Assembly (NCBI GenBank): GCA_002400985.2
Contig: NVRX02000006.1
Span: 169,368-214,786, forward strand
DNA length: 45,419 bases
Direction: 5' to 3'
Origin: Candidatus Wolfebacteria bacterium
GTDB lineage: Bacteria > Patescibacteriota > Minisyncoccia > Phycocordibacterales > Phycocordibacteraceae
Numbering within the stretch: the stretch's first letter is position 1; every line of letters starts with the position of its first letter. Below the pieces are notes generated by a model. It did no database searches. It had not been told where the DNA came from and worked only from the letters and a program-made list of their open reading frames with translations. Below are positions 44,497 to 45,419 of the stretch, piece by piece. Position numbers and translations under genes: made by a program.

Positions 44497-44531
44497 AAAA
44501 AAGACCCACGTATTAACGCGGGGCTTTTTTT
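44497..44531. terminator. Bidirectional terminator
   Basis: aaaaaagacccacgt...acgcggggctttttt imperfect stem. Confidence 0.65.
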
Positions 44532-44543
44532 ATTTACAAACCT

Positions 44544-44993
44544 CTACGAAACCTCTTCTACTATAGAGACAGTAATTGTTGCTGATACTTTATCATTTGA
44601 AACTGCAACTGAATACTCTCCAACAGCATCAAATGGCGCCTTGAGTGTAATTGAATCCTCTGGAAGTTCTGCATTTTTAACTTCAGAGATCTTTGAAATG
44701 ATTTCTTTTACATCAACCTTGTCATATAGCCCTCCTTTGTCGTTTACCTTCTTTGAGAAAGAAAGTACTTCCCCATCAAGAGATTTGATAATATCTCCCA
44801 AAAGCTCGTGCTGAACTTCTTTTCTGTCTGCTGCTTCACCCTTCTTTTGGATTGCATTCTTTGCAATATAACTCTTCTCTGATACTGCAAGACCTTGAGG
44901 AATAAGAAAATTGAGCGCATATCCGTCTTTCTGCTCAACAGCATCTCCTTTACTTCCAAGACCTTTTACATCTTTTATTAATACAACTTTCAT
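44544..44993 (-). CDS. rplI: 50S ribosomal protein L9
   Basis: MKVVLIKDVKGLG..G......GYALNFLIPQGLA. Confidence 0.96.
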   Translation of the reverse strand: MKVVLIKDVKGLGSKGDAVEQKDGYALNFLIPQGLAVSEKSYIAKNAIQKKGEAADRKEVQHELLGDIIKSLDGEVLSFSKKVNDKGGLYDKVDVKEIISKISEVKNAELPEDSITLKAPFDAVGEYSVAVSNDKVSATITVSIVEEVS

Positions 44994-44999
44994 ATCTGT

Positions 45000-45419
45000 C
45001 TATTTAAGTAATAAATCAACGGCAGCTTCTAGCTGTTCGTCTATTGTAGTATCAGGATCATACGCTACTTCTACGTCCGGAATCAAGCCCTCGTGTGAAA
45101 TTGAGATACCATTTGGTGTAAGCCACCTCGCAACAGTAACTTTGAGTGCTGTGTCACTTGTAATATCTATAAGCTCTTGCACTGATCCTTTTCCAAACGA
45201 AGTTGCTCCGATAAGTGTTGCTGCACCATGATCTCTCAGTGCTCCTGCGAGAATTTCAGATGCTGAGGCACTCCCGCCATCTATAAGCACAGCCAGATTA
45301 AGGTTTTCATTAAATGCATTGTACCCTCGAGACCTTTGTACCTTTTCTTTCTTTCCTGTCCCCTGATCTTCTCGAACAACAATTGCTCCATCAGGAAGGA
45401 ACCAGCTTGCCATGTCTAC
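45000..45419 (-). CDS. S41-family carboxyl-terminal processing protease, C-terminal part (5' end outside window)
   Basis: GSASASEILAGAL, SFGKGSVQ, TVARWLTPNG, GLIPD. Confidence 0.93.
   Translation of the reverse strand, partial: VDMASWFLPDGAIVVREDQGTGKKEKVQRSRGYNAFNENLNLAVLIDGGSASASEILAGALRDHGAATLIGATSFGKGSVQELIDITSDTALKVTVARWLTPNGISISHEGLIPDVEVAYDPDTTIDEQLEAAVDLLLK

Noticed and set aside
299-45231. Many short ORFs in the track overlapping longer genes (e.g. 299-664, 3576-3965, 32796-33254, 39645-39941)
   Set aside because: Antisense or out-of-frame shadows of well-supported genes or of the ncRNA, with no recognisable motifs or start signals.
1-45419. CRISPR array, transposase, integrase, prophage or recoded genetic code
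   Set aside because: No regularly spaced repeats or mobile-element genes seen; all conserved genes are intact in the standard code.

Overview
Chromosomal segment of a small-genome, AT-rich bacterium read in the standard genetic code. It is most likely Patescibacteria/CPR (Parcubacteria-like); this is inferred from the short L13, archaeal-type AspRS, TrmB regulator, tRNA-linked LAGLIDADG ORF and many ORFans. The housekeeping backbone is rpoA(3' end)-rplQ-rplM-rpsI, grpE-dnaK-dnaJ, tyrS, tRNA-Tyr, trpS-aspS-scpA, scpB, dac-mraY-ftsW, murG, gltX, an M23 peptidase, msrA, a lexA-like gene, rpmA, rplI and a partial S41 protease. An AT-richer accessory block (about 6.4-16.8 kb) holds two units. The first is a PaaK-like ligase, a split Rv1355c/OxzB-like ThiF and nitroreductase pair, and a multi-TM sensor kinase, a candidate signal-synthase/receptor module. 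The second is a TrmB-like regulator with seven TGT-N12-ACA boxes in two paralogous promoter regions, upstream of a VanX-like dipeptidase and of a GRDP-domain protein with a CX4CX4CX4C tail. Other notable items: a uORF/attenuator upstream of a GNAT gene, a LAGLIDADG ORF whose stop codon lies in the tRNA-Tyr anticodon loop, a proteasome-beta-like gene pair between ftsW and murG, a 150-nt 6S-like RNA, a two-hairpin leader repeated before two small membrane ORFans, and a split between leaderless core genes and SD-led accessory genes. All calls come from motif recognition by eye; no database searches were run.
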